Notes: a model not told the origin generated them from the sequence alone. Numbered from the stretch's first letter, positions 9,718-19,887 are shown. The stretch is DNA of 64,000 nt from Bacteroidales bacterium (GCA_028689615.1 JAQVCV010000002.1:20092-84091); one strand, 5' to 3'. Numbers and translations are program-made.

Positions 9718-10068
9718 TCAATCTTTTGTCTGATCAAAAAAACCGAGAGCTTTCTCAACATCAGGGGCAATGTTGAAGATAGAAAGAAACCCCGAAATCT
9801 CGAAAACATTATGAATTGGAGCTTGCAAGCCACAAATGACCAGGGTGCCATTTTCGCTCTTCATTTTTTTAAGCATCATCAAAAATACACGAAGCCCTGA
9901 ACTGCTAACATAGTCCATTTGCGAACAATCGATTACCAATTGCCGTGTCCCTGTTGCGAATAATTGGTTCAGACATTCTTCAAGCGAAGGGTATGTTGTA
10001 GTATCGAGTCGTCCAAGAATGGCTACTGATTTGATTTTGTTTAAATCGGATGTAATTAATTGCATCAT
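9718..10068 (-). CDS. STAS-domain anti-sigma-factor antagonist (RsbV/SpoIIAA-like)
   Basis: 116 aa. The motif QLVIDCSQMDYVSSSGLRVFLMMLKK is typical of STAS/SpoIIAA proteins, with the serine in the phosphorylatable position. Gap of 1 nt to the upstream kinase gene. Confidence 0.75.
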   Translation of the reverse strand: MMQLITSDLNKIKSVAILGRLDTTTYPSLEECLNQLFATGTRQLVIDCSQMDYVSSSGLRVFLMMLKKMKSENGTLVICGLQAPIHNVFEISGFLSIFNIAPDVEKALGFFDQTKD

Positions 10069-10069
10069 T

Positions 10070-10519
10070 TTACAATTGTTGTGAGGAGCCCGTAGGCTGA
10101 TACCACAAAGTTAGTTTATTATTTTCATTCACCCTTTCATAGGTGATTCTTTTCATAAAGGTTTTGACGAAATGAATTCCGAGTCCGCCAATCTCTCGTT
10201 CTTCAGCTGGTTTATCAACAGAATCAGCATCAGGAGCCTGAAGAATGTTGAAGGGTTTTCCATCATCGGTCATCACAATGGTGATGAGGTCTGAGTCGTC
10301 GCGGGCGAAATCGAGTTGGATGAAATGGGGTAGTTTATCGGCATAACCATAGAATATAGTATTGGTAACCAACTCTTCTAAGGCAAGATTCATAGCAAAA
10401 AGGGCCTCATGGTCCAATGCCCACATCTGCGACAGTTCCTCCAGGAAAGTTTGCAATCTGAGCAGTTGCCTGGTGTCAGCAGGCAGCACAAGTGTCATAT
10501 TTTTAGATTGTTGTGCCAT
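10070..10519 (-). CDS. RsbW/SpoIIAB-like anti-sigma regulatory factor (HATPase_c serine protein kinase)
   Basis: 149 aa. N-box ALEELVTNTIFYGY and G-box EIGGLGIHFVKTFM are characteristic of the GHKL-type partner-switching kinases. Confidence 0.75.
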   Translation of the reverse strand: MAQQSKNMTLVLPADTRQLLRLQTFLEELSQMWALDHEALFAMNLALEELVTNTIFYGYADKLPHFIQLDFARDDSDLITIVMTDDGKPFNILQAPDADSVDKPAEEREIGGLGIHFVKTFMKRITYERVNENNKLTLWYQPTGSSQQL

Positions 10520-10522
10520 TTT

Positions 10523-12460
10523 TTATTTTTTATAATCTAAAAGCTGAAATACTAACAAAGTAATATCATCAGATTGAGGTGCAATGCCCACAAACTTTTT
10601 TGTTTGGCCATACACCTCGCTGATTATCTGTTTGGGAGGAGCCCCGTTACAAGCGCGTAGGGCTTCGATCAGTTGTTCATCGCCAAACAACTCTCCCTGT
10701 GAGTTCATAGCTTCAGTAACGCCATCGGTATAAAGAACCACGGAAGAACCTTTGCCAAGAACGACCGAACTACAGCCATACTTCATGTCGTCAAACAATC
10801 CGAGCGGAGTTCCATGAGTTTGAGGAAGCTGGCTGATTGCACCATTTGAATCGAGCATCCAAGGCCGGTTATGACCGGCGTTGCAATAATCAAGTTGCCC
10901 TGTTTTCAAATTAACAATTCCGATAAAGAATGTGACAAACATGGCATTATCGTTCTCGCGGCAAAGCTCGATATTGATGCTGCTGGTAATCTGACATGGT
11001 TTCATATCAGGAGCCGTGCGGGCGCGAAGCAAAGTACGCGTGATGGCCATAAGGAGCGAAGCCGGGATTCCTTTTCCTGAAACATCGCCAACGGCAAAAC
11101 ACAAATGAACATCATCGATGAAAAAGAAATCATAGAGATCGCCTCCAACCTCTCTGGCCGAATCGAGAACAGCATGGAGATCAATCTCGGGGTGATCGGC
11201 AAAAGGGGGAAACACCTTGGGGACAATCCCCTGCTGAATATCGCGGGCGATTTTCAGTTCACTCTCAATTTTCTCACGAGCCGCCGTGGCATCGCTTATG
11301 GCCGCAATATGAATCCGAAGATCAGTTTGCATTTTCCGAAATGAATTGGCCAAATCGGTTATCTCGTTGTGAAATGAAAACTGGGGCACCTTATGTTCCA
11401 GATTTCCACTTCCTATTTCATGGGCAGCTTCCGCAAGTTCTTTCACCGGATTGGTAAGGCGACGTGCAATAGCTGAAATCAACACCAGCAAAAGAAACAA
11501 ACCCGCTGCAGCTAACGCAATCATCAAACGCTGAAGCCTGTACACCGGAGCATACAACTCGTCTTTAGGTATAAGCACTGCAACACTCCATCCGCTGGCA
11601 GGGATGGGCATGTAGGTCATCAAATATTTATCCCCTTTGCGTGTAACGGGTTCAACTTCCTGATAACCCGAGCCACCGCTTATCATATCGCGGCCAGCTT
11701 CGCGTAAATAGGGTTGGTTGTACTCTTCGGCAAGTGTAAAAACTGTTTCATTGCTGATGAAATCCTTTACAGGATGGGTAATAAATGTTCCCTGCTTCGA
11801 CACCAGAAAGGCATATCCATGATCAAAAATCCTGATATCGCTTACCATCCGTGAAAGATACTGCAAATCAATATCGATGGTAACAATTGCCAAAATCTCC
11901 GGCTTTCCGTTTCTGACATGCCAAATAGGAGCAGAATAAGTGGCCATCATAATATTACCGGCATTTGCATCGAAGTAGGGTTCAGACCACAACGGTTGGT
12001 TGAGTTCCCTTGGGATTTGGTACCAATCGAGATAAAAGTAGTTGTAAGAATCGTTCCCTATTTGCATGAAGGAAACCGTATCGCCCGAATGGAATGCATA
12101 GGGGGCATAATAAAGCGAATCGCGAAAAAAACTGTAAGGTTCGTATGCTACACAGCATCCAAAAATTTCGGGATTGGCAAAGACAAGGGTTTTGATCCGC
12201 TCTTCCAATTGCATCTGGCTGATACCAGGTTGCTTTTCGAGCAAACGAGCCAGGTTAAAAGCTATCTCTTCTGCCCCTCTAAGCACCGATTCTATACGAT
12301 AAGCCGTTGATTGACTGATATAATACGATTCTCTCTTCATATTCTCAAGGGCATCCTTTCGCGACTCGGAAAGATTGAACAGGAAGATCACAACAAATGT
12401 AACTGAAACAGTAGTAAGAATATAAAGGCTGAGTTTAAACGAAAGGCTTTTGATTTTCAT
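10523..12460 (-). CDS. membrane sensor PP2C-type (SpoIIE/RsbU-like) serine phosphatase with periplasmic Cache-like domain and HAMP linker
   Basis: TM1 (LYILTTVSVTFVVIFLF). A periplasmic domain of about 280 aa. TM2 (MIALAAAGLFLLLVLISAI). HAMP-like segment (RRLTNPVKELAEAAHEIGSGNL). C-terminal PP2C motifs (GDVSGKG...FFIDDVHLCFAVGDVSGKG; YTDGVTEA). Confidence 0.8.
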   Translation of the reverse strand: MKIKSLSFKLSLYILTTVSVTFVVIFLFNLSESRKDALENMKRESYYISQSTAYRIESVLRGAEEIAFNLARLLEKQPGISQMQLEERIKTLVFANPEIFGCCVAYEPYSFFRDSLYYAPYAFHSGDTVSFMQIGNDSYNYFYLDWYQIPRELNQPLWSEPYFDANAGNIMMATYSAPIWHVRNGKPEILAIVTIDIDLQYLSRMVSDIRIFDHGYAFLVSKQGTFITHPVKDFISNETVFTLAEEYNQPYLREAGRDMISGGSGYQEVEPVTRKGDKYLMTYMPIPASGWSVAVLIPKDELYAPVYRLQRLMIALAAAGLFLLLVLISAIARRLTNPVKELAEAAHEIGSGNLEHKVPQFSFHNEITDLANSFRKMQTDLRIHIAAISDATAAREKIESELKIARDIQQGIVPKVFPPFADHPEIDLHAVLDSAREVGGDLYDFFFIDDVHLCFAVGDVSGKGIPASLLMAITRTLLRARTAPDMKPCQITSSINIELCRENDNAMFVTFFIGIVNLKTGQLDYCNAGHNRPWMLDSNGAISQLPQTHGTPLGLFDDMKYGCSSVVLGKGSSVVLYTDGVTEAMNSQGELFGDEQLIEALRACNGAPPKQIISEVYGQTKKFVGIAPQSDDITLLVFQLLDYKK

Positions 12461-12473
12461 CTCTCACTATCAT

Positions 12474-13460
12474 TTATAAAGAGTTTGACATGGGGCAAAA
12501 TTCGCTGAAAGGATGAAGACTTTTGATTTGCCCTTGTTCAAACAAAAGGTTGTTAACAAACTGGTAAACTTCGCGAGTCAACGGGGGGCACAAAACCGAA
12601 TTTTTATACATTAAATCCTTCATCCGGTTGAGCATCCAGCGCTGATGCGCTCTGTTGTATGGCACATGAGCCTGTTTCATCTGTTCGATCACCAAATCCA
12701 AAGCATTCTCCTGGTTTTTGAATGCCCAGTCCCAGCCTTTCATGGTGGCCCTAACAAACTTATTCACAACCTCCTTGTTTTGGGCAAGATACTGGCTGGT
12801 ACAATACAAGCCATCTTCTGGAACATCTAGTCCGTAATCGGCAAAGAAAAACACGTTCAATTCACTGGTATCGATCCCGGCAGCATACAATTGATGAAAC
12901 TCATTGTACCACATCACCGTTAATACATCTATTCCACCTTTTAAAAACAAACTGATGGTGGCATTGATAGGGACAATGCGTGATGGTTCAACCTGATGAA
13001 TTTTCAGGAAAGTACGCGGGAGCTCCTGAAATCCACTTCTCCATATACCAATTCGTTTGCCGTTCATATCAACAGGCCGTTCGATTCCACTGCCTTTGCG
13101 CATCACAAAAGCCAGAGCCGACCGTTGCGTAATCTGCGCCACGTTTACCAAGGGGATTCCGGCATCGCGGGCCTCAACAGCCCCCGAGAGGAAACCACTT
13201 ACAATTTGGGCTTCATTACTGAGCAAAGCATCGTAAACAGGTGCTCCGGGGCCTCCTGTTAAAATTTTCACATCCAACCCTTCTGCACTGTAGAAACCCA
13301 TTTTTTCCGCAGCATAATAGCCGGCAAATTGTGCCTGTGGCAACCAATGCGGTAAAAATGTCACAGCCGTTTGCTGTGCATCAACAGTTATAAACAAGAT
13401 TAATTGCAACAAAGCAGTACCCATTAACTTTGAATAACTTAACCTAAAAATTCCCGACAT
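12474..13460 (-). CDS. periplasmic NMT1/THI5-like (nitrate/sulfonate/bicarbonate ABC-type) substrate-binding protein
   Basis: Signal peptide. SsuA/NMT1-like fold signature (LPHWLPQAQFAGYYAAEKMGFY..GLDVKIL). No ABC permease or ATPase follows. Sits 13 nt upstream of the sensor phosphatase. Confidence 0.65.
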   Translation of the reverse strand: MSGIFRLSYSKLMGTALLQLILFITVDAQQTAVTFLPHWLPQAQFAGYYAAEKMGFYSAEGLDVKILTGGPGAPVYDALLSNEAQIVSGFLSGAVEARDAGIPLVNVAQITQRSALAFVMRKGSGIERPVDMNGKRIGIWRSGFQELPRTFLKIHQVEPSRIVPINATISLFLKGGIDVLTVMWYNEFHQLYAAGIDTSELNVFFFADYGLDVPEDGLYCTSQYLAQNKEVVNKFVRATMKGWDWAFKNQENALDLVIEQMKQAHVPYNRAHQRWMLNRMKDLMYKNSVLCPPLTREVYQFVNNLLFEQGQIKSLHPFSEFCPMSNSL

Positions 13461-13470
13461 GATTGGTGAC

Positions 13471-14499
13471 TTATTTTAGTTCTAAAATATCATTGCTGTA
13501 AAGCATTCCCTGCCCGGCCATAACAAACCTGAATCCGGGTATATGCAGCGACTTCAATTGATTTTCGATAATTAAGGTGTTGCTTCTTCCTGCAACCGGT
13601 TTAACATGAGTGATCACAAACAAAACCTTTTCCAGTTTTTTCTCAGGATGTTCACCCGGGATTAACTCTGTTAGATTTTGAATCTCACCGGCTAACAGTG
13701 AGGGAGTAAGATGCCCGAAGAGAAGGTTATCGGGACGGGGGGCGGGATAACTCACTTCAATCACAACAATCTCGAGTACCTGCTTCGCGATGAGAGGAGC
13801 AACCTCCTGCCATACATCCCTAAGGAGAGATGAAGACTCTTTGACATCGGCACCAGTATCACCAAAGTAAAGCATGTAATTGTTGCAGTGATTCAGGAGA
13901 AACGCTGACGAGCGCATACCGCCGTGGCTCAAAGGAAACTCAGTTACCACCACTCCCTGATCCCCTACCCTGGTTGGACACTTTTCAAAGATCTCAACAA
14001 ACCGGTACTTCCCTATCCGTGGAGATTCTCCCTGATCAGAAAAATTGGCCCAAACAGCATTGTTAAAAACATGTTTCTGCAACAAAAGCAAAGTAGAAGG
14101 TGATCCATAAACAGGTTTTGGGACATCGTCGGGCGAAACAGCCACCAGACCGGCAAAGTGATCAAAATGAGGGTGAGAAATCAGACAGGCTTCAATCCCT
14201 TCTTTGAGGGTCCAATCGAGCGGGGAGCGTGAACCATCAACGGGAAATCCGGAAAGCAGACCGTTAGCACAAGCCTTATCTATCCCGTGTGTCAACGAAC
14301 CAGCGTCGAGCAACAGGTAACGCTGGCAATCAGCCGGTTTAATAAGCCAGGCAGATAAATTGTTGTCAGTAATTCCTCCGTTACACCCCAGGGCAATTAC
14401 AGAAAACTGCTGGCCGGATGCAGGAAAAGCCAGCGCTAGAAGAACCAGGAAAGCACCTAACCTTTTGAAAAACGGATAATACACTGTAATATAAATCAT
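13471..14499 (-). CDS. secreted class II 3',5'-cyclic-nucleotide phosphodiesterase (CpdP-like, MBL fold)
   Basis: ATG at 14499 with signal peptide (LGAFLVLLALAFPASGQQ). HPHFDHFAGLVAVSPD matches the class-II cAMP phosphodiesterase signature H-x-H-L-D-H-x-x-G-x(4)-S-P. Starts 10 nt upstream of the solute-binding-protein gene. Confidence 0.6.
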   Translation of the reverse strand: MIYITVYYPFFKRLGAFLVLLALAFPASGQQFSVIALGCNGGITDNNLSAWLIKPADCQRYLLLDAGSLTHGIDKACANGLLSGFPVDGSRSPLDWTLKEGIEACLISHPHFDHFAGLVAVSPDDVPKPVYGSPSTLLLLQKHVFNNAVWANFSDQGESPRIGKYRFVEIFEKCPTRVGDQGVVVTEFPLSHGGMRSSAFLLNHCNNYMLYFGDTGADVKESSSLLRDVWQEVAPLIAKQVLEIVVIEVSYPAPRPDNLLFGHLTPSLLAGEIQNLTELIPGEHPEKKLEKVLFVITHVKPVAGRSNTLIIENQLKSLHIPGFRFVMAGQGMLYSNDILELK

Positions 14500-14607
14500 T
14501 ATACAAGAATCATAACAAAATCGGTTGAAAACTTTTATCCAAATTGTGAATAAGTTTTCCAAAAGTAAACTATTTTGATGTTAATTTTGCCATCCAAACT
14601 ATAACGG

Positions 14608-15756
14608 ATGCGAAGATTTCGATTTCTAATTGTTTTTTTACCTCTATACTTCTCGTCGTTACTGACGACCCTTTACCATACCGATTCCTCCCATTTTTCA
14701 CTCAACCAGATACACGCAAGTCTGGCCAACACCCCGCCGTTGGTTCCCGACGAGATGCAACTGGTTCAACAGCGAATGGAAAAAATCCTAAAAAAGCATC
14801 GGTTCAATGGTAGCATCGTTATATCGTTTAAGGGATTTCCCATCTATTCAAATGCTGTGGGGTTGGCTGATTTTTCACGCCGCGACAGCCTAACCACTCA
14901 GGCACCCTTTCAATTGGCAAGTGTAAGCAAATCGTTTACTGCAATGGCAGTCATGATTTTGAAGGAGCGCGGTTTGGTTCAGTTCGACGACACACTCACA
15001 ACACACATTCCCGAGTTCCCTTATAAAAACATCACCATCAGGCATTTGCTCAACCATACCTCAGGGTTACCCAATTACATGTATCTGGCCGACAAATATT
15101 GGCCAAAAGAACTGGAAATGAGCAATGAAGACATGCTAGAACTCCTTATCAGGCGCAAACAACCTCTCTATTTTAAACCTGGCAGTCGTTTCGACTACTC
15201 CAACACAGGATATGCCATACTTGCGTTGCTGGTTGAGAGAAAAGCAGGGATATCGTTTGGTGATTTCGCAAGAAAAAACATCTTTGAACCAATTGGGATG
15301 TTCCATACCTTTACTTACAACCCCGGATTGTTAGATACAATCGCAGTTCAGGTAAAAGGTTACCGTTATCCGGCACGGCGAGGCAACGAATACCCCAACG
15401 ACCCGGTAAACAACGTCCTGGGCGACAAAAGCATTTATTCCACTGCCGAAGATCTGGCCTTGTATGAGCGGGCGTGGGTAAGCCCTGTTCTGGTGAGCGA
15501 CAGCACTTTGCAAGAAGCCTACACCAAGCCTGTTCTGAAGAACAAGCGCGAAGTGAACTACGGTTTCGGCTGGCGGTTTAAAGAAGTAAACGGCAAAGAG
15601 GTGGTATTTCACAACGGACTGTGGCATGGCTTTACCTCAACCATCACAAGGTTTGTTGAATCAGATCTTACCGTTATTGTGCTCACCAATACCAGCTCAA
15701 AAGTAGGCTCGATAGTATTTGACGTTGCCCGAGATTTTGATGGCATCCTGCTCTAA
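14608..15756 (+). CDS. serine hydrolase, beta-lactamase (class C/penicillin-binding-protein) family
   Basis: S-x-x-K motif (FQLASVSKSF). YSN motif (FDYSNTGY). HxG-like motif (WHGF) near the C-terminus. Confidence 0.8.
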   Translation: MRRFRFLIVFLPLYFSSLLTTLYHTDSSHFSLNQIHASLANTPPLVPDEMQLVQQRMEKILKKHRFNGSIVISFKGFPIYSNAVGLADFSRRDSLTTQAPFQLASVSKSFTAMAVMILKERGLVQFDDTLTTHIPEFPYKNITIRHLLNHTSGLPNYMYLADKYWPKELEMSNEDMLELLIRRKQPLYFKPGSRFDYSNTGYAILALLVERKAGISFGDFARKNIFEPIGMFHTFTYNPGLLDTIAVQVKGYRYPARRGNEYPNDPVNNVLGDKSIYSTAEDLALYERAWVSPVLVSDSTLQEAYTKPVLKNKREVNYGFGWRFKEVNGKEVVFHNGLWHGFTSTITRFVESDLTVIVLTNTSSKVGSIVFDVARDFDGILL

Positions 15757-15954
15757 AATACCTCAGAGAATCGTGCGTTATAATTTCTACGGCAGCGCAG
15801 GTTTTTTTGCAAGGTTTTTACCTGGTTCAAGGCTCTGCACATACGCTGTTAATGGGCATCTCCTGTTTAGAAAAATATTTTTGAAAATCATACAAGTTCC
15901 TATTTTTTCTCTACTTTTGTGGTAGTTGATAATACCCAGAAAATTATATCCTCT

Positions 15955-16797
15955 ATGGAAACTCCAATGAACAATGTCATTCTGGTGCCGACCGACTTCA
16001 GTGAAGTGGCCGCCAACGCAGTAGATCAGGCTGTTAAAGCCGCCGGTTATCTAAATTATAACCTATATCTTCTTCACGTCATTGACAAGAACACCAAATC
16101 GACGCTGAAAAAAGAAAACCTCTCTTCAGATGCTATTAGCGAGAAATTGGAAGCTATAGCTGCGGAGATCAGAGAGAAATACAACATAGAGGTGTTCACC
16201 CTATCACGTGAGGGGTCGATTTTCACTACCATTGCAGAAGTTGCCAAAGAGATTGGCGCCCGCTTGCTTTACATGGGAACCCATGGCAAAGTTGGTTTGG
16301 AGCAAAAACTTACCGGAAGCTTTGCTATTAAAGTAGTTACATCGTCACCCGCGCCTGTTATCGTGGTTCAGAAACGATCATTTGATCAAGGCTACCACAA
16401 CATTGTGCTTCCGATTACTTCAGACGCCGGCCCTTGGGAAAAAACCAAATGGGCTACTTATATTGCACAGCGTTTTCAATCGTCGATCCACATTTATCAG
16501 TTGCCAGGCGAAGTAATGCAAGGAGCAGTTAAAACCATTACCGATCATTTCGATAAAAACGGAGTGCAATACACGGTGAAAGTAGCCGACAAGTCGGGCG
16601 ACTTCAGCAAGCAGGTGATCGACTATGCCACTTCACAAAATGCTGACATGATTATGATTATGACCAATCCCGACAAAGGTTTGTCAACATTCATCCTTGG
16701 CAGCTACGACGAGGAGATGATCTTCAACACATCACAAATTCCTGTTATGTGTATCAATCCACGCGAACTCAACTGGACAAAAATTGTTGATTATTGA
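15955..16797 (+). CDS. tandem-domain universal stress protein (UspA family)
   Basis: ATG at 15955. Two Usp-like halves, each with the pattern ILVPTDFSEVAANA...LLHV and a G-x-x-G...G ATP-binding-like segment (MGTHGKVGLEQKLTGS). Confidence 0.7.
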   Translation: METPMNNVILVPTDFSEVAANAVDQAVKAAGYLNYNLYLLHVIDKNTKSTLKKENLSSDAISEKLEAIAAEIREKYNIEVFTLSREGSIFTTIAEVAKEIGARLLYMGTHGKVGLEQKLTGSFAIKVVTSSPAPVIVVQKRSFDQGYHNIVLPITSDAGPWEKTKWATYIAQRFQSSIHIYQLPGEVMQGAVKTITDHFDKNGVQYTVKVADKSGDFSKQVIDYATSQNADMIMIMTNPDKGLSTFILGSYDEEMIFNTSQIPVMCINPRELNWTKIVDY

Positions 16798-16804
16798 TAT
16801 CTAT

Positions 16805-16876
16805 CAACCCGGCAAAAAAACCGGGTTGATTTGACAACTGTTAATCTGCACCGGGCTTTTTGCCCGGTTTTTTTTC
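16805..16876 (+). terminator. tandem hairpins downstream of the usp gene; the second is a canonical rho-independent terminator
   Basis: Hairpin 1 is caacccgg-caaaaaaa-ccgggttg. Hairpin 2 is ccgggc-ttttt-gcccgg followed by a T8 run. Confidence 0.6.
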
Positions 16877-17006
16877 GGCCTGATCGTGGCTGCCTTTAAA
16901 CCATGAAATAAACAACGGGTCACATAAAAGTTTTTTTCTGGTATGCACAGGAAAAACAAAACAATATTGCCCAATAATATCATTTTTTGTTTCACAACGC
17001 CATTTT

Positions 17007-19490
17007 ATGAAACACCTTATAAATTTAACGACCCTAACGACACTCATGATAGTGTTCGTGTGGCCCTTGTTTGGCCAGAACCGACCAGCAGGCGGTGGTT
17101 CAGGACGCATGCCCGCCGCTCGGGTGGGAGTTCTGGCCGGAACAGTAACCGATGCACAGACAGGTGTATCCCTTGAATATGTTAACATCGCGCTGTACCG
17201 CAAACGCGACAGTTCGCTTGTTGATGGGAGCATTACCGATGCAAAAGGTGCTTTCCGAATTGAGAAACTGCCTCCGGGTAAATTTTATGCTAAACTTCAC
17301 TTCATTGGTTACCCGGTGAGGGTTATCGATTCGGTTTTTATTCGCCCCGACAAACCAGAAGTCAATCTGGGGATAATCAAAATGCACCTTTCAGCGGCAG
17401 CCCTTTCGGGAGTTGAAATAACCGAGAAAAGATCAAATCTGGAATTCAATCTCGACAAAAAAGTGATCAATGTCGAACAAAACATTGCCAATTCAGGGGG
17501 AACTGCAGTAGATATTATGAGAACCATCCCTGCTGTTCAGGTAGATATTGATGGCAATGTAAGTATGCGCGGGTCATCCAATGTAACCATACTGGTTGAT
17601 GGACGCCCCAGTGCCATTGTTAGCCTCGACGAACTACCTGCCAACATGATAGAACGCGTAGAATTGGTTACTAACCCTTCGGCACGCTACGATCCTGAAG
17701 GGACTTCAGGACTCATCAACATTGTTCTCAAAAAACAGAAAACTCCCGGCATCAATGGTCAGGTTTCAGCCAACGCGGGAACAGGCGATAAATACATGGG
17801 ATCCGTAAACCTAAACTTCAGAAAGAACAGGTTCAACATCTTCACTGCTTACGACTTCCGTAAATTCAGCCACAACGGAACTAATTTCTCCCAACGAACA
17901 ACCACCACCAACGACACAGCATCTATTCTGACACAAAGTGGTGATAACAAACGTAGTGGCTATTTTCATAACGTACGACTGGGAACCGACTTCTTTATCA
18001 ACCCCAAAAACACCCTCTCGCTGACAACCCTTGTAAACTGGCGGAATTTCTCAGGTATTGATTCAAGCAGCAACCTCACCGAAAGGCTCTCCAAATCGAC
18101 CTATTTCGACAGGACCTCAGAAAGTGAGTCGAAAAGCAAGGGAGCAGAAGCAACACTTAGCTACAAGAAAACTTTCGACAACCGTATTCAGGAACTCACC
18201 GCCGATGTGTTCTACAGCTACTCCGAGAACGACAATGAGAGCTTTATTGAACAGTATTACCCACCGGTTGCCAACCCTGAGGCCTGGAGTGATTATCAGC
18301 AAACCCTGTCAAACACTTACCGCAACGCCCTAACAGCTCAATCAGATTACGTTCATCCTCTGGGTTCGGGGCGGCTTGAAACGGGTTACAAACTCTCACT
18401 TAGCCGCAACGACATGAATTACAAATACTTCAAAACCGACAATCCAACTGCAGGATGGATTATCGACCAAAATAAAACCAATCATTACGTATATGAAGAG
18501 ATGCTTAACTCGGTTTATGGTATTTACAGCAACATGTTAGGAGAAAAATTCACGTATCAGGCGGGCCTCAGAATTGAACAAGCAAACACACAGTCAAACC
18601 AGATTACCCAGGACAGCCTCTACGACAAAAGCTATTTCAGCCTTTTCCCATCACTTCATTTAAAATACGAAGCATGGAAAGATCATAGTTTTCAGATAAG
18701 CTATTCAAGGCGGGTAAACCGACCGGGTCCCCGAGTATTGAATCCATTTATCGATTATTCCGATCCTTTGAACCTTTCGGCTGGTAACCCGGCTTTAAAC
18801 CCCGAATACATCAATGCCCTCGAACTGGGTTATTATGCACAAATTGGCAAAACAACCCTCAACACGAACCTTTTTTACCGCCATACCGACGATGTTATTG
18901 CGAGAATAATGACGGTAAAGAACGATACCTCATTCACTACTTATCGCAACCAGGATAAAGCTTATGCCTATGGTGCTGAACTGATTGTAACCCAACAGAT
19001 TTTAAAATGGTGGAGAGTGAATGCCAACTGGAGCTACTTCAGAACGAAATTTGAAGGTGCCGATTTAAGCTCCGAGACCAAAGAAAACGATTCATGGACA
19101 TTCAGAACCAACTCGATGATGCAAATCCCAAAATGGTTTGATGTTCAGGTAAGCTTTGAGTACAACGCACCTGTGGTTTACACGCCATCAATCAGCGGAT
19201 TCAGAGGGGGCGGAGGAACTCAGGGAAAAAGAGAAGAGCAATACAGTGTTGATATGGGAATTAAGCGCGATTTCTTCAAAGGGAAGGGATCGCTCAATAT
19301 CCGCATTCGCGACATCTTCGACACCGAGGTGATGAAAACGACATCGTATGGTGAAAACTTCATTTCGTTTCAGGAAAGAAAGCGCGACAGCCGTATGGTT
19401 TTTGTCGGTTTCACTTACCGTTTCAACGACTTTAAACGACGCCAGGAAAGAGAAAGAGCCATGCAGGATATGGATGACTTTGAAGGATAA
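17007..19490 (+). CDS. TonB-dependent outer-membrane receptor (carboxypeptidase-regulatory-like N-domain, plug and 22-strand barrel)
   Basis: Signal peptide. CarbopepD_reg-like stretch (GTVTDAQTGVSLEYVNIALY). Plug-domain motifs (VINVEQ...MRTIPAVQVD...VSMRGSS...ILVDGRP). C-terminal aromatic residue on the last strand (TYRF). Confidence 0.85.
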   Translation: MKHLINLTTLTTLMIVFVWPLFGQNRPAGGGSGRMPAARVGVLAGTVTDAQTGVSLEYVNIALYRKRDSSLVDGSITDAKGAFRIEKLPPGKFYAKLHFIGYPVRVIDSVFIRPDKPEVNLGIIKMHLSAAALSGVEITEKRSNLEFNLDKKVINVEQNIANSGGTAVDIMRTIPAVQVDIDGNVSMRGSSNVTILVDGRPSAIVSLDELPANMIERVELVTNPSARYDPEGTSGLINIVLKKQKTPGINGQVSANAGTGDKYMGSVNLNFRKNRFNIFTAYDFRKFSHNGTNFSQRTTTTNDTASILTQSGDNKRSGYFHNVRLGTDFFINPKNTLSLTTLVNWRNFSGIDSSSNLTERLSKSTYFDRTSESESKSKGAEATLSYKKTFDNRIQELTADVFYSYSENDNESFIEQYYPPVANPEAWSDYQQTLSNTYRNALTAQSDYVHPLGSGRLETGYKLSLSRNDMNYKYFKTDNPTAGWIIDQNKTNHYVYEEMLNSVYGIYSNMLGEKFTYQAGLRIEQANTQSNQITQDSLYDKSYFSLFPSLHLKYEAWKDHSFQISYSRRVNRPGPRVLNPFIDYSDPLNLSAGNPALNPEYINALELGYYAQIGKTTLNTNLFYRHTDDVIARIMTVKNDTSFTTYRNQDKAYAYGAELIVTQQILKWWRVNANWSYFRTKFEGADLSSETKENDSWTFRTNSMMQIPKWFDVQVSFEYNAPVVYTPSISGFRGGGGTQGKREEQYSVDMGIKRDFFKGKGSLNIRIRDIFDTEVMKTTSYGENFISFQERKRDSRMVFVGFTYRFNDFKRRQERERAMQDMDDFEG

Positions 19491-19517
19491 TATCTCCCCG
19501 AAACAATTGTTTTCAGA

Positions 19518-19550
19518 AGAGGCCCTCGCTCAAAGGGGGCCTCTTTTTTT
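19518..19550 (+). terminator. rho-independent terminator after the TonB receptor gene
   Basis: Perfect 8-bp stem agaggccc/gggcctct with an 11-nt loop, followed by a T7 run. Confidence 0.7.
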
Positions 19551-19850
19551 GCGGACAGCGCATGTGGGTTGTCATGGCGCCCTTTTAATTCAACAAAACA
19601 CATCTTAATCTGCTCAGTTTTTCATTTATCAACAAAAAGTACTGACGTCAAACCGTTTAACAAAACATCAGAAGGCTAACAAAAAACAAATCGTCGCAGC
19701 GACATGATCGTTAAGCAATCTCTTCAACCAAGTGAAGGGTACATTCAAGAGAACAATCAGAATGGAACTCCCGCAAGAACCAACATACAGAACCGTTGAA
19801 AATGAGATAACAACAATCTACACACGGGTTCAGGAAGAAATAACGTGACG

Positions 19851-19887
19851 AAAAAAAACCACCCCTAAAGGAGTGGTTTTTTTATGA
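19851..19887. terminator. A-run/hairpin/T-run element, probable bidirectional terminator (serves the minus-strand peptidase gene)
   Basis: aaaaaaaaccacccctaaaggagtggttttttt. It lies immediately 3' of the stop of the minus-strand gene 19900..22017. Confidence 0.55.

Noticed and set aside
11918-12310. 130-aa plus-strand ORF inside the PP2C sensor gene
   Set aside because: Embedded antisense ORF. No features.
16841-17233. 130-aa minus-strand ORF overlapping the TonB receptor start and its upstream terminator
   Set aside because: Overlaps a terminator hairpin and the signal-peptide region of a confident gene. Pro/Arg-rich.
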